DNA from: a virus
Strand: one strand, 5' to 3'
IMG/VR virus record: IMGVR_UViG_3300025133_009393
DNA: 64,000 bases
Shown here: one piece after another, positions 19,102 through 29,523 of the stretch
Layout of the letters: every line of letters begins with the position of its first letter
Numbering within the stretch: position 1 is the first letter of the stretch
Program-made: the position numbers and the translations under genes
The notes under the pieces: model-generated
Seen by the model: the letters and a program-made list of their open reading frames with translations, nothing else
Database searches by the model: none
What the model was told of the DNA's origin: nothing

Positions 19102-19957
19102 AAAAAAAGTCCGAGGTAAACGGCACCTCCATGTCTTTCTCGTAGAAGCACGTCGAACACGTGAACGGTTGCGTCAAGTCAACCGTTGGAATACTTTTAG
19201 CATATTCTTTTCTTAGAAATCTTGAATCCATCGCCGGCATATTGTCAACGAAGTCATTAATAAAATGCTGATTTGTATTCTCATTAATTGAAGTAATAAT
19301 CATCTTCAATTGGTTAGTAAGCAAAGACGAAACTTTCTCAGTATTCTTGTTTCTAATATTGCTTTTGTTAATTAGCTGATTTTCTTCCTTGCCTGTTAAC
19401 ATGCGCACTGAAACTGTTGCGTTTGTTCTGGGCAATTGCACTTCAACGAAGCCTTCCTCGTTTATTTCTATTCCCTGTTCTGATAGGGCATCTGCCGTAA
19501 CTACTTTTGCATCTTCAAGATCAAACTCGTGATCTTGCGAAGACCCGCATGCAGGACAAGAAACCTTTGTTTGATATTGCGGACCATAGCCAGTCACTCT
19601 GGCGCGAATAACAAGCGCATTCTTATCACACACCAGCATATCATTTACTTTCACTCTCTTGTCAAGCACTATATTTTGTAGAAATCTATCTAAAGCAATT
19701 CCTTTTCGCAATAAAGCCTGTGAAGTTAATATATCCTCATCTTTAGCTGTCATGAATCGAATTTCTAAGCTATCTTGGCCGGCCAAAGGATGGCCCTCTG
19801 GATAAAATTTACCCTGAGATGGCAAATCAACAAACTCTGTTGGAGCTGGCATCTGAAAAGATGCCGGTTGATTCTCTTGCTTAAGAAGATCGGGCATGGG
19901 AAGATCGGACGGGGTGTTCAGTGCGCCCGTGCGTTCTTCATTATTTCTCGCACCCAT
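19091..19957 (-). CDS. Baseplate hub assembly / tail chaperone protein (T4 gp26-like)
   Basis: VDLPSQGKFY, IRFMTAKDEDIL, D..ALVIRAR..YG, CPAC, CSTC, ends ..DFFWPK. Confidence 0.85.
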   Translation of the reverse strand: MGARNNEERTGALNTPSDLPMPDLLKQENQPASFQMPAPTEFVDLPSQGKFYPEGHPLAGQDSLEIRFMTAKDEDILTSQALLRKGIALDRFLQNIVLDKRVKVNDMLVCDKNALVIRARVTGYGPQYQTKVSCPACGSSQDHEFDLEDAKVVTADALSEQGIEINEEGFVEVQLPRTNATVSVRMLTGKEENQLINKSNIRNKNTEKVSSLLTNQLKMIITSINENTNQHFINDFVDNMPAMDSRFLRKEYAKSIPTVDLTQPFTCSTCFYEKDMEVPFTSDFFWPK

Positions 19958-20035
19958 TTTTACCTCTTTTGTCTTTTTCTAATATACAATATTTTAATAA
20001 AACTTTAAAGTCTTTTAAAATAATTATTGAAAATC

Positions 20036-20617
20036 TTACCTGGGAGTTTTGTCTCCCGCGGTGTTGACCGCCCAGTCATAACGGAAAGTAACATCTAGAG
20101 AAACCATTCCGTCTCCGGAATAATCTAGATCTCCCCACTTTATGTCGGTAGGCCAAGCATTCTGAAGCCACCAACTTTCTGAAGTCTCAGTGTTGGGGCT
20201 GCGTTCGGAAGACGGGCCACCCTTGGAGGTCAAAGTTTTAATCTGAATCATGTTAAATGCACTAGTAGCGTCTGCTTTTGTGATGGTTCTCTCTGTGACC
20301 AGTTGAGCATTAGTCGGTATGACATATCCCATGTTAAGAAGTGACTCATAAAGACCGCGAGTCATATCGTTTTGGCCGCCTGGGTCAACAAACGATATCG
20401 TAACCGGCTCCCACTCCGCAACACCTGGATAATAAAAAGTATGATTTAAATATTTATGTGGAGTCTCCCCAATCTTTACGCCCGGTCGGGAGGCTTTGGT
20501 AGCATAAAATTGTCCATTGCCGGGGAGGCCTGGAATCATGACGATAAATTTATATTGTCTCTTTGGCTCTACGTGGGCTTGCGCCCAGAAGAAGCTATTT
20601 CCTGGTTTTCCTGCCAT
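20036..20617 (-). CDS. Tail tube protein (T4 gp19-like)
   Basis: EPKRQYKF, YYPG..WEPVTISFVD, WWLQNAWP..WGDLDY, VTFRYDWA; follows the sheath gene. Confidence 0.9.
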   Translation of the reverse strand: MAGKPGNSFFWAQAHVEPKRQYKFIVMIPGLPGNGQFYATKASRPGVKIGETPHKYLNHTFYYPGVAEWEPVTISFVDPGGQNDMTRGLYESLLNMGYVIPTNAQLVTERTITKADATSAFNMIQIKTLTSKGGPSSERSPNTETSESWWLQNAWPTDIKWGDLDYSGDGMVSLDVTFRYDWAVNTAGDKTPR

Positions 20618-20678
20618 TTTCTACTACCCTCCAAAGGTGTTTCTATAATTAACTAGTTCTCTCCACTGTTTTTTTATT

Positions 20679-23663
20679 TTAATCTTCAAACGAAGCGCCG
20701 GATCTTGTGATTACGAAATCAAGTGCAATGAACTCGATGGCTCGGGCAGGCTTGAGGAAGATCTTTGCATACATGATGTTTCTATCAATCAAGTCTTCGG
20801 TCGTAGTTGTCTTGTCCAGCACAACCCTGAAATCGGTTAACCCTAGTCCAATCTTAATCTCTTGCAAGAACGGCACGGCTCGACCGGTAAAGTTAGCCCA
20901 AGTTGCAGGAACGTTCTGTTCAAATAAGGTAGTTGCTGCAATTCGTGATATCTCTTTCTTGATGAAGATCATCAATCTTCTCACATTGATTCTATCTAGC
21001 GCAGAACGAGTCACCTGAAGCGTCTTTTGGCCGAAGATTACAATACCTTCTGCCGGGAAAGTGGCAATTGGGTTAATGTTTGCCTCATAAAGATCGTCTC
21101 GCATTTCTGATGTCAGGCGTTCACGGACAGCGATGACTGGAACGCCGGCAGAGCCTTCTGTTAAGCCGCCGCGAGTAAATCCTGCGGGAGCGAACCATAA
21201 AGCTGATTTTGCCTGTGAGCTGGCCATCGTACCAATGCCGGCAATTGATGGCGGTACCCACAACATTGCGCCGTTGATCGTATCTCGAATTCGAATCCAG
21301 GGATAGTACGCACAAGCGTAACTTGAATTCATCGAGCGATCTTTTAGGTTATCAATGGTGGCGGTGCTGCCACCAAAGGTCTCGGTACCAGATTCCCAAG
21401 TAGGCTGATACCCACCCTTAAGGTCGACAACGGCTATAGCGTCGCCACGGTCCTCACAAGTATTTATCAGATGACTGGTGAGGCCTTCGTGCCAAATCCC
21501 AGGCATTGAAGCCATGTTCATCTCCACAACTTCAGGATCAGAGATACTATCGATTGCTTTCTTGACGCTGTGGAAGGGGCTACTAGTCTTCTGACTAGTG
21601 TCTTCCATACTCGTGTTATTGAAAGGATCTCTTTCGGTGATATTTACACCATCGAAGCCGCCGGCCAGAGGCATAGTAAAGCGATCATAGCCGGCATCAA
21701 GAATATCCTTGTAGGATCCAGACCAGGCAGTAACCGAATTTCCAGTACTGCGACTTCCGCTTGAATAATGTACCAAGCCGTCTTCGTCTGCGCGCAAATC
21801 ATCTAGCGTAAAGATAAATGAAGTTTCTTTTGAGGCGTCGGCCATATCGGTCGACAATCGTCGGGCAACGTCTCGGTTACTTCGATCAAAATTAACGCCG
21901 TCGGCCGTCTCTCTAGAATCATATCCCCAATAAGCATCTTTCTCGCTGCCCAAGTTGCTATCAACAGACCCACTTCGTAAAGTGAATCTTGGGAATTCAA
22001 GTTTAATATCTACGCCTTCTGCGGGGCCGTCGTAGTTGACACCGCCGGTCCCAGCGTCATTGTTCAAGCTCATAACAGCGAAAGCTGTTGGCGAGGAAGA
22101 TGCCATCTGCGCGGTATTAGCGTTGTTGGCTGCAATTTGAAGCGCTTTGACAACTGTTGCAGCACCCATAACATAGGCGTCGGAGTAAGCAGTCGCTTGA
22201 TTGTGCTTGTCCATGGCTGTAACTTTAGTAGATACAAGCTTAAAGTCTTTTGGTTTTTCTGGGCCGTAGTAGCCGAATGGAAGAAGCAGGGGATCTGCCG
22301 TACCAGCATCGACATCGGAAGCTAATTGAACACGAATGTATTTCGACTGATTCCTATAGTTGCCGTACTCAATATATCTCTTAGTGCCCTCATCCCAGTC
22401 AGTATAGGCGTCGCCTATTTTTTTGCCGACATAATTTACAGAATTCGGATTCAAGTTGCAGCTGGTAAATCTTTCCAATACTTTGACGGCCCCGTCGTTG
22501 TCGTCAAGTCTTCTCACGATGACAGTGAAGGAGCCATATGGATCTGCTGCGCTTCTAGCTAGTTTGACATCTTGAACCGAAATCTTAAGATTGTTCTGTG
22601 CCCACTCTCCACTGTCTAACGTCACTAATCTAAACAACTTTGAAGTATGGCTTGGGTGCGTAGTGGGGTCGAAGCCGCCTTCGGGGACATTGACGCCGGC
22701 AGCATCAGAGTGTGACCGTAAATCCTGTGAAATAACCCAACCGGTTGTGGCTCGCTGTGCGCCTTCTCTGTGGTGTTGCCAGCCTGAAGTACCGTTGCCT
22801 AGGCCAAAAACCACACCAACAGATTCGCCGGCAGCAGTGCCGGTCGATAAGTCATTCACAGCTTTATCGTAAGTCTCGCCTAGCCAATAAGTTTCTCTAT
22901 TTTCTCTATTCCTAGCCTGATTGCTGGTCAAAATTGGATTAGTGTTTAAAACTTTACGAATGTATTTGTTGCTATTCTTGTTGAAGTTAAAATCAGTCTT
23001 CTTAATAATAGCACCGTCAGCGTCTCTAATCACTCCGGTAAAAGTATTTTTAGCTGCCTTATTGTAAATAAGGGTACAATTGGCTTCGGCCTTGGCCTCG
23101 GCGGCTCCCGGAATGGTACCGCTAAGAGCAAAAGATCCTTCTGTCAAATAAATGACAGCAGCTAATGAGCCGGTGACATCGCCGGCACCACCATTTGTAG
23201 CACCCGAGCCAGAAGGAGCAATGAACAAGCCGTATGCACCACCTTTGGTGGCCGGGGCCGTACCAATTTCTGCGCTGGTACCAACGGCGCCTTGGAGCCA
23301 AGTTTCCCAGCCACCATAGCCAGAATAAGCCTGTTTTTGAGGGTGTTCTTCACCTAGGAGACGTACGTATGTTAAAGGAGCAGCATTTCGTAACCAAGCT
23401 TGAGCGGCATACATGCCATACATCGGGGTAGTATTGTTTCCTTCCCTCCAAACGTCGCCACCCTGTCCTCCGGGGACAGGTGTGCCGAAGACATCTACGA
23501 ATTCGGAAAATGACTCAACCCTAACAGGTCGCATGCTCGGACCTTTGGGGGCGCGGCCAATAATTACGGGACCTATGGGGTCGCCAATATCAGGTAATTG
23601 GGAATTATCGATCTCATCGATAAAAATGCCGGGGGATACAAACTTAAATTTTTTAACAGACAT
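20679..23663 (-). CDS. Contractile tail sheath protein (T4 gp18-like), 994 aa
   Basis: FVSPGIFIDEID, WFAPAGFTRG, INPIATFP, FGQKTLQ..SALDRINVRRL, KPARAIEFI. Confidence 0.95.
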   Translation of the reverse strand: MSVKKFKFVSPGIFIDEIDNSQLPDIGDPIGPVIIGRAPKGPSMRPVRVESFSEFVDVFGTPVPGGQGGDVWREGNNTTPMYGMYAAQAWLRNAAPLTYVRLLGEEHPQKQAYSGYGGWETWLQGAVGTSAEIGTAPATKGGAYGLFIAPSGSGATNGGAGDVTGSLAAVIYLTEGSFALSGTIPGAAEAKAEANCTLIYNKAAKNTFTGVIRDADGAIIKKTDFNFNKNSNKYIRKVLNTNPILTSNQARNRENRETYWLGETYDKAVNDLSTGTAAGESVGVVFGLGNGTSGWQHHREGAQRATTGWVISQDLRSHSDAAGVNVPEGGFDPTTHPSHTSKLFRLVTLDSGEWAQNNLKISVQDVKLARSAADPYGSFTVIVRRLDDNDGAVKVLERFTSCNLNPNSVNYVGKKIGDAYTDWDEGTKRYIEYGNYRNQSKYIRVQLASDVDAGTADPLLLPFGYYGPEKPKDFKLVSTKVTAMDKHNQATAYSDAYVMGAATVVKALQIAANNANTAQMASSSPTAFAVMSLNNDAGTGGVNYDGPAEGVDIKLEFPRFTLRSGSVDSNLGSEKDAYWGYDSRETADGVNFDRSNRDVARRLSTDMADASKETSFIFTLDDLRADEDGLVHYSSGSRSTGNSVTAWSGSYKDILDAGYDRFTMPLAGGFDGVNITERDPFNNTSMEDTSQKTSSPFHSVKKAIDSISDPEVVEMNMASMPGIWHEGLTSHLINTCEDRGDAIAVVDLKGGYQPTWESGTETFGGSTATIDNLKDRSMNSSYACAYYPWIRIRDTINGAMLWVPPSIAGIGTMASSQAKSALWFAPAGFTRGGLTEGSAGVPVIAVRERLTSEMRDDLYEANINPIATFPAEGIVIFGQKTLQVTRSALDRINVRRLMIFIKKEISRIAATTLFEQNVPATWANFTGRAVPFLQEIKIGLGLTDFRVVLDKTTTTEDLIDRNIMYAKIFLKPARAIEFIALDFVITRSGASFED

Positions 23664-23757
23664 TAATCAGCTCTCCTTTTGGAAAAATAAAACAGTATAG
23701 AAATCCAATATTATTTCTTAAATAAATAGTGTTATGTTTAACCAAAAACCAAAATTA

Positions 23758-24639
23758 TTAATCTCTGTAAAAAGCATCTTTCTCTAGATTTTCGTTGATG
23801 TCTCCCAAAATAACCCTTTCCCTGGGTATCTTTACTTCAACTGCATTTTCTCTAACAACGACGCGTGGCTTTGTTTGGTTTTTATCTTCACCCACTAAAT
23901 AACCCATGACTTTGATGTTTATTTTGGTCTGAAACTTTCTTTCTTCTTCGGCTAAGTTATTAATATTATTATCTAATGCGAAATCACCCTCAATAAAAGT
24001 CTCATAATGATGGCCGTCCTCATATATAAAAACAGAGTTAATTCCACGAGGTTGAGGGAGTGTTGCAAAGGGGCCAATCAGGTCATTCATGTGCTGTTGG
24101 TATTCTGTTCTTAGCGTCACCGCATAGCTAACTTCAACAAAAACCGGAGCAGGGGCCGATATTGTTTGATAAACAACTTTATTATTTTTTCTTGGAAAAT
24201 TAAGCTGCCCCCTCTTATACTTGGCACCAGCTCTTGCAAAATTTCTAGTTTTTTCTTGATTGATTCTCCTAGACACAACAATGGAGCCGCCTTGCTCATC
24301 GTTAACTTCCATGGTATTTCCAAAAAACCTCTTCGTAAGGTCTTTATTGAAGCTAGTTCTCTCCAGTGTTATGACTGGCAGATTAAAAGAACCATCTCTA
24401 TCATTTCTTAGACTCTTTTCTTGCTTGACATTAAAAGATCTTTCTGTGCCAGTCCACAAAACTGGCACTTTCTTCCAGCCTTTGTTTTTTTGAACTCGCA
24501 AATCTAAAGTTTCATCAATCCAATTATATAAAGCTTTGTCGATAGTTTCAATAGTGGAAGGTGTGATGATTTTTTCATGAATTATTGTTGGATCATCTAC
24601 TTCGGCATAATCATGATTTTCATCTTTGCTACGTGGCAT
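23758..24639 (-). CDS. Tail terminator / sheath stabiliser (gp15-like)
   Basis: Lies between the neck and sheath genes; KVPVLW, LPVITLER, P.FVEVSY; start moved to ATG 24639. Confidence 0.65.
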   Translation of the reverse strand: MPRSKDENHDYAEVDDPTIIHEKIITPSTIETIDKALYNWIDETLDLRVQKNKGWKKVPVLWTGTERSFNVKQEKSLRNDRDGSFNLPVITLERTSFNKDLTKRFFGNTMEVNDEQGGSIVVSRRINQEKTRNFARAGAKYKRGQLNFPRKNNKVVYQTISAPAPVFVEVSYAVTLRTEYQQHMNDLIGPFATLPQPRGINSVFIYEDGHHYETFIEGDFALDNNINNLAEEERKFQTKINIKVMGYLVGEDKNQTKPRVVVRENAVEVKIPRERVILGDINENLEKDAFYRD

Positions 24640-25120
24640 CGAACAAACCCTCCCTAGCTCTAATGGCCCGGGCAGATATCTCAATTCTATGATCAACCTG
24701 GCCAAACAACTGCTTTGGCTCTTTTAAAGTAACCAATTCATAGTAATAATCTCCATACAAAACAAAATCTCCCTCTCTAACGAACAGGTCTTGATCTTCT
24801 GTTAATCGTCTTTTGTGAAAATGTACTGTTATAGAGGCTTTTTTGTCTACTCCATAGTGATCTGTGAAAGTTTCTGGGCCTTCCCATTCAACTAAGGCAT
24901 AAACCCTTACAGGGGGCAAAAAAGTCTTATTGATCGCTTCGCCATATAAAGGATGAAAATCAGTAATCTCCAAATCGATTGGATAATATAAAACTTGCTG
25001 GCCTATCACCCTCTCTATAAGCTCATCATTGACTTGTTTTACCAAATCCCTCTCTTTTTTCCCCAAAAACATTGGAGGAGGAGGAGCTGATGGCTGCGAC
25101 CATTTATCTTTTTCTGCCAT
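24629..25120 (-). CDS. Neck / head-closure protein (gp14-like)
   Basis: IGQQVLYYP, LYGEA, REGDFVLY; synteny. Confidence 0.7.
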   Translation of the reverse strand: MAEKDKWSQPSAPPPPMFLGKKERDLVKQVNDELIERVIGQQVLYYPIDLEITDFHPLYGEAINKTFLPPVRVYALVEWEGPETFTDHYGVDKKASITVHFHKRRLTEDQDLFVREGDFVLYGDYYYELVTLKEPKQLFGQVDHRIEISARAIRAREGLFDAT

Positions 25121-25130
25121 CTTTTACCCC

Positions 25131-26405
25131 CTATCCGACAAAGACGCCCAATGGTGCATTCATAAGTATTTCATTGGCTGCTTTGGCAGTTTCTGATTGT
25201 TTTACTGTAAGCTTATTATAAGTCAACTCATCTAATATAGTTTTAAGCTCCTCTCTTAATTTTTCTTGTTCTTCTTTTGCTTGCGAAAGCAATTCGGAAT
25301 GATTTAAAGTAACAGATTCTCCTGGGATTGGAATAGTCGAAAACTTTCCGCGAATCTGTCCCAACATTTCTTTAGTCAAGGCCAAGCCAAAACGTCGAAT
25401 CCATTGTTTACCAATGCTATTGATGCTTTTATATGGAATATTAGCAAAAGGCAGTGTGTTTAAATTATTAATGCCAGAAACACCAACTCTTCTATCCTCA
25501 TCTTCTTCCCAAGCATTTTTATGAATAGTAAACTGAACCCACATCTTTCCAACCTGTGAACTTCTTGGTTGCGGATAAATTCGAATTTTATTATTTTTCA
25601 ATTCATAACTATAGTGTGAGTTTCTTGTCCAAATGGCATCTTCATAGGCCATGGCCTGTAATTTATTCTGATAAGGAGGAATAACTTCGAAAGTAGAGTC
25701 ATCCGCGAACATGCCATAAGTTGATAAATTACCAACTGAATTCATTCCGCCATAATAACCAAAGAACCTCCACATTGCATGTGGCGTTTTAAAGAAAACT
25801 TTTTTAATATTTATTTTCTTATCATTGATAAGCAAACTGCCCGAAAAGCTGCTGCTGATGACAGATTGTAAATCATAATCCTGCACCTTATCTTCAATAT
25901 CAAAAGAAGCAGAATACTCATTTTCGTATCCATCGAGGCCAATCTCTGTGCCGATCCCGTCTGCGACGCGGCCTGCATAAGCTAGCCTAAATTTAGGATA
26001 TTTTAATTCTATGTTTGTGCCGGGAGAAACATCATCTGATGATCCAGACAAAAGACCGTCATGGTCAAAAGAGCCAGTTGTGTCACCCAGCATATTTGGT
26101 AAAGAATTTTTAGCTTGATGAATATTAATAATATAAGAATATTCCAAAACTGCTTCTTCATATGCTGAATATACATTTTGCTCTGTTAACTCGATATCTA
26201 AAACATCGCCGCCTAGCTTTTTAAAGGTATAGGATACTTGATCGATGGCGCCAGAAACAAAGTTTGCATCGTATAATGAGGAGTTTGTGTCAGCATATAT
26301 GCCGAACGCATAGCTTGTAATAGTCTCCGCAGTAGATCGGGTACCCGTGACAGGTAAAACAATCGTACTAGTCTGACTAGTCGGTGTTAAGGTGGGTGTT
26401 GCCAT
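25131..26405 (-). CDS. Neck / head-tail adaptor protein (gp13-like)
   Basis: KLGGDVLDIELTE, WIRRFGLALTKEMLGQIRGKF..IPIPG..TLN. Confidence 0.8.
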   Translation of the reverse strand: MATPTLTPTSQTSTIVLPVTGTRSTAETITSYAFGIYADTNSSLYDANFVSGAIDQVSYTFKKLGGDVLDIELTEQNVYSAYEEAVLEYSYIINIHQAKNSLPNMLGDTTGSFDHDGLLSGSSDDVSPGTNIELKYPKFRLAYAGRVADGIGTEIGLDGYENEYSASFDIEDKVQDYDLQSVISSSFSGSLLINDKKINIKKVFFKTPHAMWRFFGYYGGMNSVGNLSTYGMFADDSTFEVIPPYQNKLQAMAYEDAIWTRNSHYSYELKNNKIRIYPQPRSSQVGKMWVQFTIHKNAWEEDEDRRVGVSGINNLNTLPFANIPYKSINSIGKQWIRRFGLALTKEMLGQIRGKFSTIPIPGESVTLNHSELLSQAKEEQEKLREELKTILDELTYNKLTVKQSETAKAANEILMNAPLGVFVG

Positions 26406-26445
26406 TCATGAAGCCTCCGATGTAGTAATTAGTTTATAAAATTAG

Positions 26446-26480
26446 AAAACCCCGCCTCAGAATTCCAAGACGGGGTTTTT
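26446..26480 (-). terminator. Rho-independent terminator (possibly bidirectional) after the major capsid gene
   Basis: AAAACCCCG...CGGGGTTTT inverted repeat. Confidence 0.85.
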
Positions 26481-26500
26481 GCTCTAATTAGCAGATCTTA

Positions 26501-28294
26501 TTAGACAAGATCTTTGACGACAACCAAGCCATACATATCAGGTCGGACCATCTGTTTGGCATAGCGAGTCATCACGCCCTTACGGGGCACGAAGTCCTCG
26601 GTACCGAAGATCGTCGGAGTGACCTGGAGAGGTACGTACGGAGCGTAAACATAGCCGCTTTCAAGGAAGCTTCCACCTTTACGGCCGACAAGAATAAGGT
26701 TGCGTAGGAAGTACGGATCAACATACACGTCCCATTTCTTGCTAATGCTGCCAGTCTTTAGCGCACCAACAGTGCCTCTGTCAGTATCAACACCAACGTT
26801 GGCGCGGAATCCAGAGGTAAACTCAAGGAGGTTGGCAACTTCAGGTGAGGTCACGATGAAGTTAGCTCCGCCACGAAGAGTCTTTCTGTGGATAGCCGCC
26901 GACACATCGTTAATGGTCTCGACAAGAGTCTCATACCACTCACTGACAGTACCGGTGAAGTCCGGGCCGGCGATGTTGGCGGCGACTGCATGGTCAGCAC
27001 CTGTTTCGCGGTTGACGAAACGGCCGGGCATGCGGGACCAGTAAAGAGTACCACCGGTCGCACCAACGACAAGATCCTCAAGAATCTCACGATCAATCTC
27101 TAGAGCAATGTGCTCGGAAAGAATTGAAGTAAGCTCGACCTCGGCATCCAAGTTGTGGTAGGCGTTAAGATCCTGACCAAGCTCTGGAGTCCACTTAGCT
27201 TTGAGCTTTCTGGTGATCGCCGTGACAGCCACGGAATCGACACGAATGTCAATCTCGGGAATATCAGTGCTAACCTCGTTAGTAAACGGGCCGGCCGGCG
27301 TGGTCGCATGCGATTCAAGCAACCACTCTGAAGCACCCTTGACTGCACCAAGTGCATTCGCGGGGTCGAAGTTATCAGCCGTTGCATATTCCCAAACTAG
27401 TGCCGCGCCGTTTCCGCCCAAAGTACCAGAAAGAGTCGTCATGGTGACACCAGTGTTGGGGGTAATAACAAAACGAATAACGGTTTTGCCCATGCCCGGT
27501 GCAAAAGAGGTCAAGCGACGCTGGAGCGTTCCGCCCGTAGCCGCGACGTTAATAGCCGACAAATTATCTAGATTAAGCTCTTCTCCGCCGTCCTGGAATA
27601 GACTAGCCGAAAGGTCATAGATCATAGCTGCTGAACCGGAAAGATCCGGATCAAAGCGAACCAGTTTGCCAAAGTCATGAGCGCTGATGACGGTACCACC
27701 GACGCCAGAAATAATGCCGGCGGCGAGAACACCCTTGAGATCAGAAGCACCATCTGTAGCACCATTAACAGTGCCAGTTGCGTGGAGATAGATACCATCT
27801 CCAATCGTCACGTTCGCCAACGGAGCAGAATATCCATTGCGCAAGTTGTAGAATCCGCCGCCGTCATTCGTGGAAAGATCAACACCACCAGTTACCTGGC
27901 TAGCGACCACGTTACCGCCATAGAGCGATGTCTGGGCGCTGTCACCTAGGCGCTCGTCAGTTTGGGTAAAGTCGAGGAAGAAGATGAGGCCTGACGGCAA
28001 ACTCATCGGTTGCACGGAAACAAGGTCGTTGGCGACCAAGGATCCGAAAACTCGGCGGACGATCGGGAACGCTACAGAAGCGAAACCCTCAACACCACCA
28101 CCAGCCATTGTGCTGGCCTCTTTTAATAGTTGTGAAGCCTGATTCTCAAGGAGTCGGGCCATTGCATTCTTGGTATGATCAGCTCCGAGGCCTTCCAAGA
28201 GTCCAGTGCGTTCCCATTTATCCATTAGGGCAGCACCTTCTCTTTTTAGGTCGCGGCTAACAATACCTTCAGTTAATTTATCTAAGACAGACAT
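26501..28294 (-). CDS. Major capsid protein (T4 gp23-like)
   Basis: LLENQ, PIVRRVF..VSVQPMSLPSGLIFF, RKLKAKWTPELGQDLNAYH.LDAE.EL, YAPYVPL, F.PRKGVMTRY; start ATG 28294 behind GGAGG. Confidence 0.96.
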   Translation of the reverse strand: MSVLDKLTEGIVSRDLKREGAALMDKWERTGLLEGLGADHTKNAMARLLENQASQLLKEASTMAGGGVEGFASVAFPIVRRVFGSLVANDLVSVQPMSLPSGLIFFLDFTQTDERLGDSAQTSLYGGNVVASQVTGGVDLSTNDGGGFYNLRNGYSAPLANVTIGDGIYLHATGTVNGATDGASDLKGVLAAGIISGVGGTVISAHDFGKLVRFDPDLSGSAAMIYDLSASLFQDGGEELNLDNLSAINVAATGGTLQRRLTSFAPGMGKTVIRFVITPNTGVTMTTLSGTLGGNGAALVWEYATADNFDPANALGAVKGASEWLLESHATTPAGPFTNEVSTDIPEIDIRVDSVAVTAITRKLKAKWTPELGQDLNAYHNLDAEVELTSILSEHIALEIDREILEDLVVGATGGTLYWSRMPGRFVNRETGADHAVAANIAGPDFTGTVSEWYETLVETINDVSAAIHRKTLRGGANFIVTSPEVANLLEFTSGFRANVGVDTDRGTVGALKTGSISKKWDVYVDPYFLRNLILVGRKGGSFLESGYVYAPYVPLQVTPTIFGTEDFVPRKGVMTRYAKQMVRPDMYGLVVVKDLV

Positions 28295-28317
28295 GTTTAA
28301 ACCTCCTATATATGTTT

Positions 28318-29367
28318 TTATGTTAAGCCTGCTAAGATTTTCCATCTCGAAAGAGATGAATCATCTTTCTTTGTTGCTTTTTGGTTTCTACCATGCAACA
28401 ATAATCCAGCTGAAGAACTTTTCACGACTTCACTCAGTGATTGTGGCTGTTTTTTAGTTTTTGTGCTGCCCACTGCGTTTTGAAGAGTTTCGTAAATAAC
28501 TTTTGCTTCTTCAACTGTTTCGGTTATTGATATAGCTTCGACAATTTTATTTTTTTGCCGCTCATTCAACGAGTCGCTAATCAAAACCTTATTCGTATAT
28601 AATAATTTCGCACTAGACAAAGAAGATTCAGTTAATTTATCTCTTAAGAGGTAAATCACTTCCTTCATTTCTTCTTTTTCTTTTGCATGAGTTTTATTTT
28701 CAAGTTTTAGACCTTCTAGTGCTTTCTTCATGGCCTCAAGTTCTTCTTTTACTTTGGTATCTTGGGCCCGGGCTAAAACTTGTTCTTGCGCATGATCTAA
28801 GTGCGCGGTGGGGACACCATTATTGCCCCAACCAGAAGAAGTGGGCTCTATATCGACAACCAACTCCTCCAGAATTGACGAAAGAATATCCTCGTCTAAT
28901 TCAATTTCTTCCTCTAAACTTTCAACCTCTTCCTGCAAAGCACGGGGCTCGTCTTCTGGGACTTCATCGCCTAGAATATCGGCCGCGAGATCTTCTTGGC
29001 TTTCTCCCGGGGGAGCGAGACCTTCTTCGTCCTGCATTTTCTTTGTCAGCTCGTCAAAGTCAATTTCGATTTCCTCTTCTTCCTCCGGACAGGGACAAAG
29101 CTTTTCGCCATCGACAGTAACAACAGGCATATCTTTAAGAGCAGAATCTTCTTCTGGGGGATCCATCTCCAAGCCTGGTTCTTCCAAGCCCATCCCTTCT
29201 TCTTCGGCGCCTAGAGCCATTGGATCTTCCGGCTGCTCTAATAGGGCTTCAACTGCTTCTTTGATTTGATTTGAATACTTTTCTACTATCATGTCTTCGG
29301 CATTTTTGAGAGCTGCTTCGCGAAGAGCCTCTGCGTCGACTATAGCTTGTTCTAACATTGATGACAT
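28318..29367 (-). CDS. Prohead core scaffolding protein (gp22-like)
   Basis: Very acidic coiled coil, many L/I-x-E sites, directly upstream of the major capsid gene. Confidence 0.8.
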   Translation of the reverse strand: MSSMLEQAIVDAEALREAALKNAEDMIVEKYSNQIKEAVEALLEQPEDPMALGAEEEGMGLEEPGLEMDPPEEDSALKDMPVVTVDGEKLCPCPEEEEEIEIDFDELTKKMQDEEGLAPPGESQEDLAADILGDEVPEDEPRALQEEVESLEEEIELDEDILSSILEELVVDIEPTSSGWGNNGVPTAHLDHAQEQVLARAQDTKVKEELEAMKKALEGLKLENKTHAKEKEEMKEVIYLLRDKLTESSLSSAKLLYTNKVLISDSLNERQKNKIVEAISITETVEEAKVIYETLQNAVGSTKTKKQPQSLSEVVKSSSAGLLLHGRNQKATKKDDSSLSRWKILAGLT

Positions 29368-29523
29368 TTATAATCTCCCGGGTTGAAAACGTAAATTATC
29401 AGAATAAATAGTATTGTAATAGAACAAAAGAAAATATTTATATACCCGTGACCTAGCAGGATAACGGATTGGCTAAAAAACGCTTCATAGGTTTATATAA
29501 TATAGCGTGAAAAAGCACATTAT

